Shown here piece after piece: positions 39,471-51,530 of a DNA stretch of 64,000 nt. The notes beneath the pieces were generated by a model. That model worked only from the letters and a program-made list of their open reading frames with translations, ran no database searches and was not told the DNA's origin. Position 1 is the stretch's first letter. Each line of letters begins with the position of its first letter. The translations under genes were made by a program, and so were the position numbers. Origin of the DNA: Tubiluchus corallicola. Taxonomy: Eukaryota; Animalia; Priapulida. Location of the stretch: contig JAQGDQ010000589.1 in the NCBI GenBank assembly GCA_030141605.1, positions 1 to 64,000 of the forward strand. The letters are read 5' to 3'.

Positions 39471-41042
39471 TCGTCTCTTTTGCTCTTGAAACTCCTCTTT
39501 TATAGGAGGCTTATCTGCTCTCGTCACGTGACTTCTGTAGAGTTTGTGTACCTGGCGTCCTGGCAACAAATTGCCAGCTGTTGCCCAATGTATATTTTGT
39601 TGATAAGTGATTATTATAATATTAATTTTACATAATAAATGCATTCTAAAATTATTTCATCACTTTACAGGTTTCATTTTAGTGTTACCAAAGATATAAT
39701 GTAATTATTAACATATTTAATTTAATTTTGGGGCATGTTGGTTTGTTGTCTCGCTCCGCATGTAAACAAAGATGGCGGCGCCCTGACGCTGTTCATGCAA
39801 GTGCACTAAATTATAAGAATCGCCGCCGATTCCATTCTTAGGGCCTTTATCAGCTAATTTACTATTGTCAAAGGTAAAATAGCTGTTCTTCTTCAGAACA
39901 ATTAAGGCGAGGGGAGGTGAGTAAGTGTATAACACTACAGTACTTCCCTGCGCATTCTTATTGGTTGCGGGATTTTGCCTTGATGACGTCAAATTAAAAT
40001 GGCGTAGTTGTCGAATACATGCCATGGTTGAACACTGTAGTGCACCAAGCGCTAAATTTAGCGAACCACGCATGCGCTAAATGATTTTGACATCAAGCAG
40101 AAACGACTGGTTAATGTGGGCCACTGTAGGTGCAGACATGCCTGGTTTCTCCCTTCCTCAAACATTGGCTAGTTATCTTTAACTATAATTAAATCTTATT
40201 ATGTAAATGTACTATTGTATTTTGTAAATGTACAAATGTTTGCCTTGACAAATCAGATTGGAATCCTGAAAAGTTGCTCGACCAGATGTCTAACCCGCGT
40301 CAGCATGCAGTTATGTAGATGCTGTGACTTTTCTAACTCACTGAACAAGAGGTTGATTGTTAACAAAGCAGCTCATTTATTAGCACTTCTAGGGTCGTTC
40401 AACAAGATTCAGGCCGCTGGTTAGTAAAACAGCGAAAAGAGCACTCAGACATCCTTTGACTGCCCAGACAGCGTGCAAGTTATTTCATGCTCACCTGCAG
40501 AGCTTGTTCATATTGTATTATAATTTGTATTTGTGTGCAAATAAAAGAATTACAATATTAATAATTTGTTGTCATCTTTTGTTACTCTTGTATCCTGTTA
40601 TTATTCTACAGCATTTGGTCGTATTATCATAACAACTCCTTTTTAAACAAGATATAGAACTGTTGTTTAAGTAAACTTAAATTAACAAATAAAACCTGAC
40701 TTCGTGCTGTCTTTGGGAGACCTGATTGGGAGTCAACATACAGCACAAAACACACTGGTATGCCTGAAACAGTTACCACAATGTGCAATTACTGAACAGA
40801 ATAAAATTTATTGAATACAGTTCCACTTTGCTTTTAATAATTATTATAGCTCTATTTGACGCGCTCACATAATCTTTTTCATAACACTGTGCGATATTTC
40901 TCGTCAGGCGAGCAAATATTTGCGAAACACTTAAAGCGTAGATTTACGAAACTCATTCCCGCAAGCAGAAGCCAGTTTAAGAACTTGCGAAAAGGCAAAT
41001 TTATTTATGATCTATGACGAATAACTGCTCAGTTAAATAGAA

Positions 41043-42065
41043 ATGCACAGAAAATCATCAGTTTGCAATAAGAAGCAAAGATGTGTTATATTGGCATTTC
41101 TTGGAATTTATGTGTTGTTCCATTGCTGAAATGTGCATTTGAGATTAACTAAGCTTAACAAGTGGAAGAAGGAAAATGAATTTTTTAAATTGGAAATCGT
41201 TGTACTAACTTACAATAGGCCAAAGTCATTGTTGAGGCTTCTCTAGTCACTTAATTCAAGTTACTATAATGAGAATGAAGTTAGGTTAAAGGTTTGTGTA
41301 GACAGAAGTGCTAATGACAGTTCAATATCAGCTGTCACACTTGACATCATTAACTCATTTATATGGATTTATGGTAAAAAGGAAATCGCTGTCCACCCTG
41401 TACACTATGGACCATACTTGCAATGGCATGATTGTTGGAAACCATCTGCAAGGAAAGGAGAATTCGGGCTGATTTTGGAAGATGATCTGGAAGTTTCTCC
41501 CTATTATTATACATGGCTTAAAGCTGCATTGTTACATTATCACAAAACTACTGATGTTGGAGGTATAACTCTGCAAAGAGGAACTTTGATTTCAACATCA
41601 GGAAAACACAGAAATCCTCTGTGCGAAGTATGCTACAGTGCAGACATGTTTCTATATCATCAGATAGGCACTTGGGGATTTGCACCAATTCCAGAAAGAT
41701 GGCATCAGTTTCGCAATTTGGTGTTTGCTGTGATGATAGATGAAAGTTTTATTCCGATAATTCCAGGACAAAGATTAATCACAAATGCCTGGATACGGAA
41801 TCGTCATTTAAAGATGAGGTCTATGCCTTCATCCTATATCATGTATTATTTTGCAGTAAACAACTTGTTTACACTGTACGCTAATTTACCTGATAACAAA
41901 ACGTTTGCTTGTCACAGAAGAGAAGTTGGAATGGATTACCAAAGAAGTGTTAAAGAAACTGTTGGTGAATGTGATTTTGAACCTCTGTTAGTGTGGAATG
42001 TCTCTTTAGCGAGTTTACCAGAAAAACCAATAAAGTTTGAGTGGGATGCAGTAAAAGATACGTAG
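41043..42065 (+). pseudogene. Pseudogenised paralog of the GT-A enzyme at 10790-11875
   Basis: In-frame from ATG 41043: TM, LEIVVLTYNRPKSLLRLL*SL, WIYGKK, QWHDCW, EFGLILEDDLEVSPYYYTWLKAA, LYANLPDNKTFACHRREVG. Two nonsense codons (TGA 41127-41129, TAG 41244-41246) and no frameshift. Confidence 0.88.
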
Positions 42066-43729
42066 ACTTTTAATAAGATGACTACACAATGATAATACTT
42101 CATTCAGATGAAATTATAGTTGTCCAAAACATAAAGTTTCAATAGCTAAAAGCAAACGTAAATTTGTTCATACAGTAGAGGTAGGATAATTACAGGCAAT
42201 TCTTCACAGTAGAAAAGCTACAAATGATTTCGAAAATTAATGCATTTGTACAATAGACTGTTTATGCTGAATTTACATTGAAAATAAGCAAGCGCTAAAG
42301 GTTTTGAATGACATAAACCTATAGTCTGTAGCTATAAAAACTGATTTCTACATATCAGCTTTGGAGAAACAGACACTATCGCTGATTATTTGCTGCGTTT
42401 TCAACTGGTTGCATTAGGTTAAAAAATAAAATGTTAAAATGTTATAGTAAAGTTTATTTCTAAGTCTTAGACGCTATAATGTAACTTTATACTACCTATT
42501 ATGTGAAGTTGTACTAATCGTTCATATTTTCATTGTTTCATTGTTTCATTGTCTCACCTTAAATATATACTTTATTATGACATTTCGATAGTGTGTTTGC
42601 TGGTGCGACATAATATGATAAATATGATACATATGATAAATGTATGATACGATATGATATAATATGAGAAATATATACCAATATTTACATTTTCTCGCCT
42701 GATACTGTTACTAAACTTTCGTGTAATTTCGGACAATAACTATTATACTGGAAAGGCTATCAATGTGTGAACATAAATGAGCAAAGCAGCAAGTGACCGA
42801 CAAAAGGATGACAGAAACACACTTCTTATATTAATTTTGACTGAAAATGGTAAAAACAGGCCATAAGCCAATACAGAGACTAAACAATGAAATATTGTCT
42901 AACTGTCCATGATATCAGTATCCAACATGTAACGCCCACATGACAGGCCTATCTTTTTAAAAACCGTAACAAAGTACTGAAGTGCATAACATACTGCATT
43001 TTAGGAGTAATTACATGACGTGCTTGATAGTTTCATAGTAAGTGAAGAACAAATATTTCATAAGTTTATAGGAGTATACCTAATATATTTGCTAATTACT
43101 CTAGTGACGCATGGTATTGTTTACACAGTGTTAATCACCCTACATGCGATATACACAGAAAATAATTAGTGGAATAATTGGCATAATGCAGTTTTCCTAG
43201 TTAAATACGTAGCATAATCATATAGTTTACAGTCTATTTACCTGGCGTAGTTGGAGTGTTGTTTTAATAACCTAAGATTAACGAACTAACACACATTATA
43301 ACGTCAACAAAACAATTTAGCACTTTGTTGATTCGTAACAGCGCAACAGAAGTTGTTTATAGTTTTGAGATAGCAGTTTGAGGAAATTAACATGAGCCAC
43401 ATAATAACACCAGTAACACCTAATAAAGAACGACTTTTAGAACTTCTTGGGGGATGATTCTTACGTATTTATTAAACTTTTTGTCCAAGTTCAAATTTCA
43501 GATAATTGCTACACAGCATCAGGAATGTCAGATGAACACACTTTTATTTTTTTATCTTATTGAGGGAGTTTGTGAAAATAAATGTGCTTTTGACGTGTCC
43601 AGCAAATACTTACTTATTTCTACTTGCATTTATTTTTAGGAATTTTGTTTTTCTAAGTCGATTAGCTCTTACTGTCTTCTCAAGATGTTTACACAGAATC
43701 TCACAATGAAGGTAAAAGGAAGTTTATGG

Positions 43730-44060
43730 ATGAATGACTGGCGCCTGGCTACTAGGATTTATGCCCTTCATTCTGTAAAGAACCATTCAGGTAATTTCTA
43801 GTGAACTGACTAGCTGCATGTTTTCTAGGATAAGAGCAAATTACCTTAGAGTTAATCGGCTTAGATTAGAGTTAAGCTTTTGTTGTTGAGAAGAGCTAGT
43901 CGTGTTTGTAAATTGAACTGTCATTTAGAAAATACTACAATATTATTATATTACAGTAAGTCTTGCATGACTGTAGAAAAATCTGCAAATGCATTTGAAA
44001 TAAAACCAAATACAAAACCCTCCATTTATATGACATTAGCAGATTTTGATCAAGAGAAGC
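43730..44060 (+). repeat. Non-coding dispersed duplicate, copy 2
   Basis: Matches 24995-25205 joined to 25370-25485. Confidence 0.85.
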
Positions 44061-44069
44061 GCAATGAAA

Positions 44070-46580
44070 CACTGTACGCTCATGTAAGAGTGGAATGTTT
44101 TTGTATTCTTTCTGATTTCTATCCTCAGTTTTCACTGTATGCTCATGTAAGAGAGGAATGTTTTTGTATTCTTTCTGATTTCTATCCTGAATGTTCACTG
44201 TACGCTCATGTAAGAGAGGAATGTTTTTGTATTATTTCTGATTTCTATCCTGAGTGTTTACTGTACGATCATGTAAGAGAGGAATGTTTTTGTATTCTTT
44301 CTGATTTCTATCCTGAGTGTTCACTGTATGCTCATGTAAGAGAGGAATGTTTTTGTATTCTTTCTGATTTCTATCCTGAATGTTCACTGTACGCTCATGT
44401 AAGAGAGGAATGTTTTTGTATTATTTCTGATTTCTATCCTGAGTGTTTACTGTACGATCATGTAAGAGAGGAATGTTTTTGTATTCTTTCTGATTTCTAT
44501 CCTGAGTGTTCACTGTATGCTCATGTAAGAGAGGAATGTTTTTGTATTCTTTCTGATTTCTATCCTGAATGTTCACTGTACGCTCATGTAAGAGAGGAAT
44601 GTTTTTGTATTATTTCTGATTTCTATCCTGAGTGTTTACTGTACGATCATGTAAGAGAGGAATGTTTTTGTATTCTTTCTGATTTCTATCCTGAGTGTTC
44701 ACTGTATGCTCATGTAAGAGAGGAATGTTTTTGTATTCTTTCTGATTTCTATCCTGAATGTTCACTGTACGCTCATGTAAGAGAGGAATGTTTTTGTATT
44801 CTTTCTGATTTCTATCCTGAGTGTTCACTGTACGCTCATGTAAGAGAGGAATGTTTTTGTATTCTTTCTGATTTCTATCCTGAGTGTTCACTGTACGCTC
44901 ATGTAAGAGAGGAATGTTTTTGTATTCTTTCTGATTTCTATCCTGAATGTTCACTGTACGCTCATGTAAGAGAGGAATGTTTTTGTATTCTTTCTGATTT
45001 CTATCCTGAGTGTTCACTGTACGATCATGTAAGAGAGGAATGTTTTTGTATTCTTTCTGATTTCTGTCCTGAGTGTTCACTGTACGCTCATGTAAGAGAG
45101 GAATGTTTTTGTATTCTTTCTGATTTCTATCCTGAGTGTTCACTGTACGCTCATGTAAGAGTGGAATGTTTTTGTATTCTTTCTGATTTCTATCCTGAGT
45201 TTTCACTGTACGATCATATAAGAGAGGAATGTTTTTGTATTCTTTCTGATTTCTATCCTGAGTGTTCACTGTATGCTCATGTAAGAGAGGAATGTTTTTG
45301 TATTCTTTCTGATTTCTATCCTGAATGTTCACTGTACGCTCATGTAAGAGAGGAATGTTTTTGTATTATTTCTGATTTCTATCCTGAGTGTTTACTGTAC
45401 GATCATGTAAGAGAGGAATGTTTTTGTATTCTTTCTGATTCTCTGCCCTGAATGTTCACTGTACACTCATGTAAGAGAGGAATGTTTTTGTATTCTTTCT
45501 GATTTCTATCCTGAGTGTTCACTGTACGCTCATGTAAGAGAGGAATGTTTTTGTATTCTTTCTGATTTCTATCCTGAGTGTTCACTGTACGCTCATGTAA
45601 GAGAGAAATGTTTTTGTACTCTTTCTGATTTCTATCTTGAGTGTTCACTGTACGCTCATGTAACAGACGAATGTTTTTGTACTCTTTCTGATTTCTATCC
45701 TGAGTGTTCACTGTACGTCCACGTAAGAGAGGAATGTTTTTGTATTCTTTCTGATTTCTATCCTGAATGTTCACTGTACGCTCATGTAACAGACGAATGT
45801 TTTTGTATTCTTTCTGATTTCTATCCTGATTGTTCTCGGTACGATCATGTTAGAGAGGAATGTTTTTGTATTCTTTCTGATTTCTGTCCTGAGTATTCAC
45901 TGTACGCTCATGTAAGAGTGGAATGTTTTTGTATTCTTTCTGATTTCTATCCTGAGTTTTCACTGTACGATCATATAAGAGAGGAATGTTTTTGTATTCT
46001 TTCTGATTTCTATTCTGAGTGTTCACTGTATGCTCATGTAAGAGAGGAATGTTTTTGTATTCTTTCTGATTTCTGTCCTGAGTGTTCACTGTATGCTCCT
46101 GTAAGAGAGGAATGTTTTTGTATTCTTTCTGATTTCTCTCCTGAGTATTCACTGTACGCTCATGTAAGAGTGGAATGATTTTGTATTCTTTCTGATTTCT
46201 GTCCTGAGTGTTCACTGTATGCTCATGTAAGAGAGGAATGTTTTTGTATTCTTTCTGATTTCTATCCAGAGTGTTTACTGTATGCTCATGTAAGAGAGGA
46301 ATGTTTTTGTATTCTTTCTGATTTCTATCCAGAGTGTTTACTGTATGCTCATATGAGAGAGGAATGTTTTTGTATTCTTTCTGATTTCTATCCTGAGTGT
46401 TCACTGTACGCTCATGTAAGAGAGGAATGTTTTTGTATTCTTTCTGATTTCTATCCAGAGTGTTTACTGTATGCTCATGTAAGAGAGGAATGTTTTTGTA
46501 TTCTTTCTGATTTCTATCCAGAGTGTTTACTGTATGCTCATATGAGAGAGGAATGTTTTTGTACTCTTCTTGATTTTTGT
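44070..46580. repeat. 63-bp minisatellite, about 40 copies
   Basis: Unit actgtacgctcatgtaagagaggaatgtttttgtattctttctgatttctatcctgagtgttc; gives 21-aa repeats on both strands. Confidence 0.97.
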
Positions 46581-46946
46581 CGCTATATTTCATTTCTGTC
46601 GTAAACTTTCATTATATGTCTTCTAACGAGAATTTCGTGTTTTTAAATACGTCACAAGAATAGAAGTTACTAAAATTAATGCTAGATTGGCTCACAAAAT
46701 ATTTGAAGACAGGCCTGACTGAGACAACTGCAAGCCTAATTGGCTGACTAACTGTTTAATATTAAGTTCATGACATGTATATATGTTGCTCTTTTGTAAT
46801 TGTTTTTTGTGCCTAAGCCATTATAACACATACACGTGGTTTCTTTGTTTCGATGTGACATATTTCTTTTAAGTCTAGTTTTTTCTTGTCTCTAGTAATT
46901 TACTTGATGGTTCAATAAATATATTTATTTTATTATTAAAAACTCT

Positions 46947-48950
46947 TGTAACCCGAAGGTTAAATAACGTTACTGTGACGCCGCATAATAATTAAGTCGG
47001 GACATTAGGAAATCAGAGTACTGTGTTCAGGGTTCTCGAGCGTTTCCATCACTTTTACATGCTAAATCTATAGGATAATCATTTATTTGTGTAAGCTATG
47101 TGAATTCGTGTCACAGGTGAAACACTTGTGTGCACGTGCAAATTATTTAATCAGAACGAAAACTGAACTAAAAGCTAATATTTAGATTTCGAATTTAATC
47201 AGTGGAACAACAATAGCAAATTAAATTGATAACAATTTCCAGCAATACCTAATTCCCCCAAAAGTAACGTTGGCCGGCTACGCTTCTGTCTCTCATCAGG
47301 CTTTTGGATCTATCAACCACGCTCTTGAGTCTCCAACCATACCACACCGACTTTTCATCTCCAGCAGTCAGTCACGTCCTCGCCAGCAACTCTTTGGCAT
47401 TTGTCACCAATCCAGCCTCTGCATGGACCACGCTTTAAAACTGCTCCAGCAATCCAGCGAATGAACTCGTGCCTGGTTGCCTCGGGATTGAACTCTTGCC
47501 TGGTTGCTTCAGACTCCCAGTAATAAAGCCAGATATCCTATTGCAGGGTGACAAACAGACAGACCATTGTTACAGGTAGAACTTCAAAATCACGTGGTCC
47601 TCGACTGGTTTTCCACTTCTATTCAGCGAGAATTTTAGTTCTGCAGGTTACCAAACACTTGCTTCTTGGAATGTCAAGACAGTGTCATCACAGCAAACAA
47701 CGAACAAGCAAAAGTAGGCAAAACCATTGTCTTTGTGATAAATTATCTCACTGCATAAGAGTGCCATTAAAGACAGGTTCACACCAAACTTGGTGTTCAG
47801 CCATATAAAATAACCTCAAGATGTGGACTAACCAGCAAAACTCCACCACCCTGTAACTTCGACAGTCAGAACATATCTAGTGTAAAACACGAACTCTGTA
47901 GTAAGATCCCAAAATAGGTTGAAGCAATTTGGTATTCCAATTTTCAGATAGCCTAATTACAGGTAAGCAGAGAAGTGAGCGGCCAGAGCCCTCTAGTGTC
48001 AAAATCCTAAAAAACACTCAATTTTCTATGGGTTTAAATAAACAGTGCAACAAATCAATAAGGTAATTAGATCATTGATTATGCACAGACACGACATCAT
48101 AGGAAAGATATATCAAAATAGGTGTTGCGACAATGATGTGTGGTATAACCGATCATCACATAGCATCTCTCTCCTTTTAAAACTCTGAAGGAGTTTTCAC
48201 AACATAGCGACACCTATATTGAAACGATTGAAGAAAATAGAAGCTAAACAATGATTTGCTAACTAAATGGGCTATCTTAATTACTCCGAGAAGCAACTTC
48301 AATCAATACTGATACAAAATAAATCTACAAATAACACAATAAACGACTTTACTTCTGCCCTTCACTTTTAAAGGCTTATGTTGTTCAATTAAAAAAACAA
48401 TTTCTTCGTATAAAACTATCAAAATTAGGCAAAATTTATAGGCATGAAAGTGCATCCGCCACTACATTCATTCGTCCTGGAATATTCTCCAATGTGTAAG
48501 AGTATTTCTGAAGTTTTGCAGCTTTACTGCGTGTAACAACTAATGCCGTGTGCAGCTTGTCACCAATCCTGTTTTCATCCTGCTTCATAGCATGCTTTTT
48601 AAATTGGCAGGAGCAATCCATGTTGGCCACAGTAGGTGTCGAAACGTGTTTCGGTACACACTGGAACTTCTTACTCCACATTGCCAAGTAAGAAGTCAAC
48701 TGGAAGGTCACCAGAGACAGCCACTGTCAAATACCCACTGACCATCGGACTTTCAACCTCCACAATAGCCATGCGTACTTCCTTGGAATCTGCATGTACA
48801 CATTTAATCGTCCTGGTTGACTCATCAACATATTGCTCTGGCCTTACCATTTCTGGGTGAACAAAGCTAGTGCATGCCCCAGTGTCGCGCATGCCTCTCA
48901 CATTCTTGCCATTCGCAGATGCAAAGTAGCAATATTCGTTTTCAGAAGAT
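46947..48950 (-). mobile_element. Internally deleted Gypsy (Gmr1-like) LTR retrotransposon with probable 3' LTR
   Basis: Protease GMRDTGACTSFV..VAVSGDLPVDFLLGN, post-protease VVTRSKA joined to the RNase H end LQKYSYTLENIPGRMNVVADALS; polypurine tract aaaaggagagaga near 48178-48166 (minus) followed by TG. Left LTR boundary uncertain. Confidence 0.75.
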
Positions 48951-49010
48951 GCAATAATGTCGCGCGACTTCTTTAATTTACTTTCGTTTGTTTAAATATC
49001 AATAATATAT

Positions 49011-49466
49011 TGTTACGGGTGCGAATTGCTGTTAATATTATATGCTGTCAAGAGCGTCATGCCATCTCGGAGTTCGGCCCCCTGAGTCGATTTCAGTCCA
49101 AGATTATTTTCGACCCCCACCTCACTGCATTGTGAAGATTTTGTTAGTACAAAGAGATTGCATAGTGGCGTTGAATACCAGGTGTAAAACTGTCGCTATG
49201 GATGGCCTCTCTGATTCAGCATGTAAACGGACAGGTGTTCTTGCCACTACGGCAACAGGTTCCGTAGACACCACAGGCAAGAAGTATACAGGACAAGTTT
49301 ACTGGCAAATTTACTTCAATAAATCATTGTCAGACTTTATAATTTTGGCACCATCCTGGCAATAAACCTGTACTACTTGGCCTCCGAAATACGAGGAAAC
49401 GAACCGACACCAAAACGAAAAGACACCAATCAGACCTCCTGGCGGCCACGACCCAGCATCGCTACA
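49011..49466 (+). mobile_element. Solo LTR, 456 bp
   Basis: TGT..ACA termini, ATAT on both sides (49007-49010, 49467-49470) as a 4-bp TSD, AATAAA at 49361. Confidence 0.75.
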
Positions 49467-49534
49467 ATATTAAGTAGTATACACACTATGAACAAACTTA
49501 ATTAAGCAAGCTGTGCATTATATTACCAACTCCT

Positions 49535-50686
49535 TCATGGTGCCTGACTAATTAGAGACAAGAGAATAAAATCTATAACAGACATGCACCGGAAAAACAT
49601 TTGTAGGGAGTTTTCGATTTGCTGAGGAGTTTCATCGCGAAGCTTCCTGAGCTTTTTAATGACAGAAACTTTAGTTTCATTAACCTGCACGGATTTATAC
49701 AAATTAAATAAGTAAGAAAAGATCCATTTACATTTATTCTCTTTCTTGTAAAAAGTTCCCCAAGCTCCGTGCACAATTCCTATGCCACGCACTTGAGCAG
49801 TCTTGCAGAATTCGTATTTGAATCCGTGTCCCCACCAGAAGTTCCAGTGACAGGGAAGAAAGTACAACCTCTCAGGATTTTCATGAAAATAAACATTGCA
49901 GGTATTTTGTGGTAACCAACACGCAGTAAAAACTCTTTTCTCAGGTGAACATTCACTGGTAATTTTAAATATTCGTAAAATTTCCATTTTCCAGTTTGAC
50001 ATTCGCATTTTGCTCAAGTCCAGTAAAACAATTCCAGAATTTAGACCAATCTTTGGTCTGAGAAATGAATCTGATTTCTTTTGATGTTGATAATGCTGAC
50101 CATGATAACGATCCATTAGACGGGAGTTGTGCGGTCCAGAAAAATCAATTGCAAGTCCCATCATCTGAGATTCGGACATATTGTCAAAGTGACGCCAGAG
50201 CTGTTCTAGAGGCTTCACTACAATAACGTCTAAATCAATCGCCAAAATCTTGTCCTCATTTTGTAAAACATCCGGTAGGAATAACCATGCAGTGTTGCAA
50301 CGTTTATCCCCTGGATTCAACCACTTTGTATAATTTTCACCTGGGGGATACCATGGATGGTAAAAGTTTTCCACAAATTGTTTTGTCTTTCTCATTTCGC
50401 TAAGAACTTCAGCCAATGCACTTTTAGTAATATTATTGTCAGTAAAAATATGAAAGTGAATAAAAGCTGATGTTACCATAAGAGCAGAATTCACTACAAT
50501 GTAAAATTGCTCCAAAATTCTCGTCTTATTATCACAGGCAGTCAGAGCAAGGTGAATTGTAGTCAGTCTTTGTTGATACCGATCAACATATAATTTGGGA
50601 GAGAATTGATCCTCTTGAAGATTCATTATGAACTTATATGACAGCATAAATATGAAAAAAACTAGTAAAAAGAGTTTGAACTTCAT
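49535..50686 (-). CDS. GT8 glucoside xylosyltransferase (GXYLT)-like, divergent, single-exon ORF
   Basis: First ATG at 50686 (MKFKLFLLVFF.. TM); IHLALTAC, FHIFTD, LFLPDVL..DKILAIDLD (DxD), PLEQLWRHF, GLNSGIVLLDLSKMR, FHENPERLYFLPCHWNF and GIVHG follow the GXYLT1/2 motif order. Confidence 0.88.
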   Translation of the reverse strand: MKFKLFLLVFFIFMLSYKFIMNLQEDQFSPKLYVDRYQQRLTTIHLALTACDNKTRILEQFYIVVNSALMVTSAFIHFHIFTDNNITKSALAEVLSEMRKTKQFVENFYHPWYPPGENYTKWLNPGDKRCNTAWLFLPDVLQNEDKILAIDLDVIVVKPLEQLWRHFDNMSESQMMGLAIDFSGPHNSRLMDRYHGQHYQHQKKSDSFLRPKIGLNSGIVLLDLSKMRMSNWKMEILRIFKITSECSPEKRVFTACWLPQNTCNVYFHENPERLYFLPCHWNFWWGHGFKYEFCKTAQVRGIGIVHGAWGTFYKKENKCKWIFSYLFNLYKSVQVNETKVSVIKKLRKLRDETPQQIENSLQMFFRCMSVIDFILLSLISQAP

Positions 50687-51421
50687 TGCCAGACTGTCTG
50701 TTTCTACCAAAATGACTTGAAGTTTCGTTTTCCTTGCATTTTCACAGAATTTACTTTTGCTTCTCCGGTTAAGAAAGAAAATTACACGATAGCCAACTGT
50801 GTTCAGCGCGCAAAAGGATAGAAACGTTGGCCTGTAGCCATGTGCAAGCTAGTTAAAAAGGATTTAAAGAATTTTACTTTGCCGTTCCAATATTTCACTT
50901 TAATGTACACTTACTATAGGAAATGGTAATATATCAACGCGGTTCTAAAACGCTGGTTATACAAAACACTGGGTATGTGAAACAAAAAATATTGTCAAAC
51001 TGTGCGCCAAAGTTCTCCAAATTACACACTCAGTGAAAGCTTGTTGAAGCAGAAGAAAATATTAAAAGAAAAATATTCTTGATTCGCAAAAATAGCCTGG
51101 CACTTGATTTCACTTTAGCAGAAGTAAAAGAAATGCAATTTCAAGAATTCTTTTTCTGAAAAGCTGTCAGTAAGACCCCGTAACCGACCAAGTTTTTTTC
51201 AATCCCCAGTCATTTATAAAGTAATTTTGTCGAGAGTTTGTTATACGTCGCGACTGCTAGCTAATTTGCAAGAATATGAATCAGTGACACAAGTGGATAA
51301 AGTTTGAGCGTAACTCTTGAATATGTACTAAAGTTGTTGAATATGTCACTAAGTAAAGAACGTGTCATGTAAACGTAATGCCAGTCGACGAATTACAATT
51401 TGTGTGTTGCAAAACTCAAGC
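50687..51421. promoter_or_regulatory. Putative bidirectional promoter between the GXYLT-like and sulfotransferase genes
   Basis: 735 bp between outward-facing ATGs; inferred from geometry. Confidence 0.45.
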
Positions 51422-51530
51422 ATGAGATATTTTCCTAAATCAATACGGATCAAATTCGTGTGTGTTTCAATAACATTAATGTTGGCTGTTGTTTTTTACT
51501 TGGAAATCTACACGCATCCAGTAAACAAAG
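51422..51530 (+). CDS. Carbohydrate sulfotransferase, coding exon 1 (cytoplasmic tail plus TM)
   Basis: MRYFPKSIRIKFVCVSITLMLAVVFYLEIYTHPVNK, then AG|GTAAGA donor at 51531; 109 nt gives phase 1, matching the acceptor at 58214. Confidence 0.75.

Noticed and set aside
38816-39635. Three overlapping 205-262 aa ORFs
   Set aside because: All three frames are open only because the 17/18-bp repeat has no stop codons.
41127-41246. Stop-codon recoding (selenocysteine or alternative code) in the GT-A paralog
   Set aside because: Two different stop types occur in one gene, and neighbouring genes use TGA, TAG and TAA as normal terminators.
43880-46604. Long repeat-protein ORFs (523, 240 and 247 aa)
   Set aside because: They are translations of the 63-bp satellite on both strands, the longest has no ATG start, and its 5' part is the non-coding duplicate.
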